Origin: a bacterium
GTDB taxonomy: Bacteria; SZUA-182; DTGQ01; JAFGSM01
Length of the DNA: 11,672 nucleotides
Reading direction: 5' to 3'
NCBI GenBank assembly: GCA_049472335.1
Contig: JBLIRO010000119.1
Span: forward strand, 1 to 11,672
Shown here one piece after another: positions 8,149 to 11,672 of this stretch (position 1 is the first letter of the stretch; each line of letters starts with the position of its first letter). Position numbers and translations under genes: made by a program. A model generated the notes under the pieces. It had not been told where the DNA came from and made no database searches. It worked only from the letters and a program-made list of their open reading frames with translations.

Positions 8149-8176
8149 TTTATAACATGAATTTCTTATATGTCAA
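8149..8176 (-). promoter_or_regulatory. Putative sigma-70 promoter for the FG-GAP gene
   Basis: On the - strand, TTGACA (8176-8171), 16-nt spacer ending in TGn, then TATAAA. Confidence 0.45.
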
Positions 8177-8262
8177 TAATCAGCCAAGAGATTGATCATC
8201 AAATGGCAAAATCTGAAATTGATTCAAATACATTCGGTTGAGACTTTATGCGTTTTGGGTAC

Positions 8263-9966
8263 TTATTTTGTTTTTTCTGCAGTGTGAATAGTGAGCTGTG
8301 TAAACGGAATAATCCATCCATTTTTATTGCAGACCTCTACACAGATTCTTTGTATCGCCCTTTTCAGGAAGTTATAATCTTTAGCAACACGGCCGGAGAA
8401 ATCGGCCAAAATCTCCATATCCAATGAAGATGGCCCTGCCTCCTTGAATTCCACTCTTAAATTTAATATGTCCTTCTCATATCCTTCATTATAAAGCCCT
8501 TCCTTGAGAATTTTTTGAAAGGTTTCGGGAATTTCGCGGGTGCTTACAGGCTGATGCTGGTAATCGATACCAAAGGTGACATTGAGTCGAAAATTGGTCG
8601 AGATATTTTCGGGGTTTTGTTTTAAAAATTCCAGTGTGGGGTAGGTCTTGTGACTTCCGCCTAAAAGAACCAGCTCAACTATCTCCGGGGTTTGATTAGA
8701 TATTTTCCCGTACGTTCCGTCTGCCAGAATTACCCAATCTCCTTCCTTGCATGGAAACCAGGGTTCTTCCTGATGATATGGACGGGAATGCATGCCTATA
8801 AGTGCCCGTAATGGAAGATGAATCTTTCCCCCCTTTAGTGCCGAATTGATCAAAAGGGTGAACAGGTTTAAAGACTGGACCTTCCACGGAAGACCATTGT
8901 AAACTATTCGCTCCTTCTCTTTTACAGGTCCGAGGTTCAGCAAAAGTTTTACCTGATCCCAAAACCGGGGAAGGGCTTGTCGTGTAGTCCACGCCATTCC
9001 GAAGATAAATATAATGGCGAGCCCTAAAAGGACCCAGTCTCCGGAAACATATAAAACGAGCAATAAGGCGCCGGTTGCGGCGGCAAAGGTCAGGAGGTGA
9101 TAAATTAAACTTATAACCCTGGCATATATTGAACGCTTTTCTGATTTTTTTTTGGAAATGATCTTGTTCAACACATTATACATAAAGTGAAAAAGGAGCC
9201 AAACAAAAAGAAAGGCCAAAAGAGATAAAACAAGATTCCGGCCCCGGCTTTTAAAGAAAGCCCTGGATATGTTTTGAATGGATTTAACAAAGGACTTGCT
9301 TTCCTTTAATTTCTCTGCTAGTTGATATTGTGCCACGGACAATTGGTTTGAAAAATGCTGGCTTTTCTCTGACCAATCCTTTTTCAGGTTTTTCAGATAT
9401 TCCTTAAGCCTTTCATCCTTGGAAACTTCAATATACCCTTGAATGTTATGTATCCCCTTTTCGATAACCGGGATTCGCTCTTGGTAATAGGCAATATTAT
9501 TACGGAGTTTTTCAATCTCTCTCGGATGTTTTGTCATATTCTTTATTTCCTGGATAATAGGCGAGAGAAGATCCTGAAGCTCATCTTTCAAGTCGAAACG
9601 CTCCTTGGGCACAGTTGTAAACATGGTCAGATCAACACCTGTGGCAATGGCCTCAAAATTTTTATCAAGGGCTTCTATCCGGGTATTAATTTCGGAAATT
9701 TCATTAAATATTTTCAGCCTTTGATCCTCTATTTTTGCCGAACGTAATCCCTCTTCTTTTTCACGAAGCCGGTCCTTCAATGTTTCTATAGATTTTACAA
9801 TGACATCCAGGGTAATTATGGTTGTGGTGTTCTTGTCGGGATGATTCTGATCGATTAACTCTGTTTGAGTCTGGCTGATGGATTGGCTGCCCGCAATCCT
9901 GTATTTTAAGAGGGGAGAAAAAGTAAAAAGGATAATAGAACAGAACAAAATTATTTTTTTTCGCAT
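8263..9966 (-). CDS. MscS-family mechanosensitive-channel-like membrane protein with large N-terminal coiled-coil domain
   Basis: N-terminal signal/TM segment, about 200 aa of helical charged region and several TM helices. Beta-domain motif PCKEGDWVIL...G.I, C-terminal FGIDY...FKEAGPSSLD...GWIIPFTQLTIH matching the MscS C-domain pattern (I.IPFPQ..VH). Confidence 0.8.
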   Translation of the reverse strand: MRKKIILFCSIILFTFSPLLKYRIAGSQSISQTQTELIDQNHPDKNTTTIITLDVIVKSIETLKDRLREKEEGLRSAKIEDQRLKIFNEISEINTRIEALDKNFEAIATGVDLTMFTTVPKERFDLKDELQDLLSPIIQEIKNMTKHPREIEKLRNNIAYYQERIPVIEKGIHNIQGYIEVSKDERLKEYLKNLKKDWSEKSQHFSNQLSVAQYQLAEKLKESKSFVKSIQNISRAFFKSRGRNLVLSLLAFLFVWLLFHFMYNVLNKIISKKKSEKRSIYARVISLIYHLLTFAAATGALLLVLYVSGDWVLLGLAIIFIFGMAWTTRQALPRFWDQVKLLLNLGPVKEKERIVYNGLPWKVQSLNLFTLLINSALKGGKIHLPLRALIGMHSRPYHQEEPWFPCKEGDWVILADGTYGKISNQTPEIVELVLLGGSHKTYPTLEFLKQNPENISTNFRLNVTFGIDYQHQPVSTREIPETFQKILKEGLYNEGYEKDILNLRVEFKEAGPSSLDMEILADFSGRVAKDYNFLKRAIQRICVEVCNKNGWIIPFTQLTIHTAEKTK

Positions 9967-10162
9967 TGCTTTAATCCAAAAGAGGTAAGGTTGTTAATAT
10001 AATAAAACAACACAAAAGCGGGCAACCCTGTTAAGGTCCCGATCAAATAAAGATATACCATGCAGGGTTGTTTTGCAACATTGAAAAGATTTAATGTCAC
10101 GGCAAATAAAGGATTACCATAAAGGATTGCCTTGACAGATATTCTCTTAAAGATTTTAAATC

Positions 10163-10191
10163 TTGACTTTTTGTACAATTGGAAATATACT
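10163..10191 (+). promoter_or_regulatory. Putative sigma-70 promoter for the cytochrome gene
   Basis: TTGACT (10163-10168), 17-nt spacer, TATACT (10186-10191). Confidence 0.5.
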
Positions 10192-10625
10192 TATTATTAG
10201 ATTTTATGTATTTTATTTCACATCTTAAGTATCTATATTTCCTTTGAATCCGATAGAATGGTTCTTTGATATAAAATATCCGGAATCGCTCTTCCGATGA
10301 TCTGTTTTATCATTATACCCTTCACGTTTTCTTGATGGTTCTGACTGACTTTATAATTTAATCCCTTAAGTGTTCATTGAATAATTAGAAACGAATATAG
10401 TATTCAAATTGCTCTCTCAGGTTAAATAATATACTCAGTTTTCCTTTATATTTTTCTCTATCTATATAATTTTTATTTACCCTTTTAGAAATCCTGTCTG
10501 GAAAGGGGGGATGTTTATACATCAAATGATTTGGACGGAGCGTTTTTTCATATGGAACAACCTGTCTGCTTTGAAAATCCATATATATAATTATTTGCCC
10601 TAATTAAGGAAGGGAGGTAATGATT

Positions 10626-11672
10626 ATGTTTCATGGAAATAAGTGTATTTTGGGAATTATATTGTTAATGATAGCTTCTCTTTTATTCCCTGTGAGTATC
10701 CAATCAGCGGCCAGATATCGCTCAATGGGGCCGTCTCCCATGGAAGCCATGGTTTTGCCTGTTGCAGGTATTGCTGTCAATCCGGGGATTTTGACATCTC
10801 CGATGAGTATACCTTTGGATCCTGTAATTGCCGGGTTGGGGGCAGTCACTCCTTCTCTGAATATGATGCTCGATCCATTAATTGTTCCGGCAATGAATCC
10901 TTTAGGTCCAGCACTAGGGGCAACAATGCCTTCAGTTATGATTTCTCCTGCCGCCACCCTGGCTGTAAATAATTTAATTATGGGAAATCTGGGAATGTTG
11001 CCGTCCAGGGGAGTAGGGATGTCACCAATGTTAGAGCTTGGGGCCCTCAGTCCCATGATGGGATTACCTGTTCCCATGATGGGATTTTCGGCACCCATTA
11101 TGGGCATACCCAGTCCTGTAATGGGGATGCCTGCGCCCATGATGGGGATACCCACCATTCCTATGATGGGGATTTCTTTGCCCATGATGGGGATGCCTGA
11201 AACAATGATGAGGATGCCGGGTCCCATGATGGGTATGCCCGGTCCCATGATGAACATGCAGGATCTAATGATGAACATGCCCTGGCAAATGATGGATATG
11301 CATAATCCCATGATGGATATACCGACCTTGAATATAGGATCGACTCCCTCCATACAACAGGTACCGCCTGTTATCCCTTTTAGTCCCTCAAATCCGCAGC
11401 CAACCAGACAGGGAGGTCCTACTACAGGCACTCCTTTGAGGGTTGCCAATCAGGTGCCCGGTGCAACACCGTATAGCTACTTTGAGGATCCCATAACGTG
11501 CGCAGGCGGCCCGGGTATAGGAATGTGTCATGCCAATAAATTCGCCCAATGGGAGACGGATCAGCATGCCCGAGCCTGGACGGGTGATTTCATGGTTGCC
11601 CAGTATTATGACCTTGCAAGGCCCGATGCGGACCTTGACCCCACTATTGCGGGTATTAAGATCGGTTGCGTT
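10626..11672 (+). CDS. Secreted (multi)heme cytochrome c, c554/c552-4-like, with long Pro/Met-rich low-complexity N-terminal region; 3'-truncated by the window and absent from the ORF track
   Basis: GGAGGT at 10613-10618, 7 nt before the ATG at 10626 (alternative ATG at 10620). Frame is open for 349 codons to the window end. Signal peptide MFHGNKCILGIILLMIASLLFPVSIQSA. End reads FEDPITCAGGPGIGMCHANKFAQWETDQHARAWTGDF...IKIGCV, matching the F..P..C..CH....W....HA.A pattern of c554-like domains. Confidence 0.82.
   Translation, partial: MFHGNKCILGIILLMIASLLFPVSIQSAARYRSMGPSPMEAMVLPVAGIAVNPGILTSPMSIPLDPVIAGLGAVTPSLNMMLDPLIVPAMNPLGPALGATMPSVMISPAATLAVNNLIMGNLGMLPSRGVGMSPMLELGALSPMMGLPVPMMGFSAPIMGIPSPVMGMPAPMMGIPTIPMMGISLPMMGMPETMMRMPGPMMGMPGPMMNMQDLMMNMPWQMMDMHNPMMDIPTLNIGSTPSIQQVPPVIPFSPSNPQPTRQGGPTTGTPLRVANQVPGATPYSYFEDPITCAGGPGIGMCHANKFAQWETDQHARAWTGDFMVAQYYDLARPDADLDPTIAGIKIGCV
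11049..11324 (+). repeat. In-frame 21-nt (7-aa) degenerate tandem repeat, 13 units, consensus xPMMG(M/I)P
   Basis: SPMMGLP VPMMGFS APIMGIP SPVMGMP APMMGIP TIPMMGIS LPMMGMP ETMMRMP GPMMGMP GPMMNMQ DLMMNMP WQMMDMH NPMMDIP. DNA core is cccatgatggg. Confidence 0.9.

Noticed and set aside
8192..8202. FNR-like ttgat/atcaa half-sites
   Set aside because: The spacer is 1 nt rather than the required 4.
3469..9747. Short + strand ORFs opposite the - strand genes, and alternative-frame ORFs 7061-7381 and 8696-8992
   Set aside because: Shadow or alternative-frame ORFs overlapping strongly supported CDSs.
10019..10100. c-di-GMP-I (GEMM) riboswitch on the - strand (GCAAAAC...CAGGGTTGCC)
   Set aside because: It lacks the GGCAAA, GNRA tetraloop and CUAA receptor elements. 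The resemblance is partial, so it is kept only as generic structure.
9951..10582. Small - strand ORFs 9951-10178 and 10385-10582
   Set aside because: No convincing SD or domain, and they lie in an AT-rich divergent promoter region. A small protein cannot be fully excluded.
10643..10972. 109-aa Cys/Ser-rich + ORF
   Set aside because: Alternative frame inside the longer cytochrome CDS, with no SD or family motif.
11049..11324. Palindromic cccatgatggg repeats as a CRISPR array or DNA-level repeat element
   Set aside because: The period is 21 nt and in frame, the repeats are degenerate, spacers are only about 10 nt, and there are no cas genes. Protein coding explains it.
10631..11449. 272-aa - strand ORF with PIMG repeats
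   Set aside because: It is the antisense shadow of the + strand cytochrome gene. The palindromic core cccatgatggg keeps both strands open, but only the + frame has an SD, signal peptide and recognisable domain.

Overview
AT-rich bacterial window dominated by signalling and cell-envelope genes. On the + strand there is a PAS-PAS-HisKA_2 histidine kinase with a single-domain response regulator. Convergent with these on the - strand are a PEP-CTERM/DUF4114-like surface protein, a putative lipoprotein, a 931-aa FG-GAP/PKD/HYR secreted protein with an Asn/Ser/aromatic low-complexity tail, and an MscS-family membrane protein. The PEP-CTERM gene has a complete sigma-54 promoter, an IHF site and two palindromic enhancer sites. 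The ORF track misses the most unusual gene, a + strand CDS from 10626 that runs off the window end. It encodes a signal peptide, about 260 aa of Pro/Met/Gly-rich low-complexity sequence including 13 Met-rich heptad repeats, and then the start of a c554/c552-4-like multiheme cytochrome c domain. The first predicted heme site of that domain is a non-canonical CX8CH. No rRNA, tRNA, CRISPR array or transposase was seen. All family assignments come from motif recognition by eye, not from database searches.
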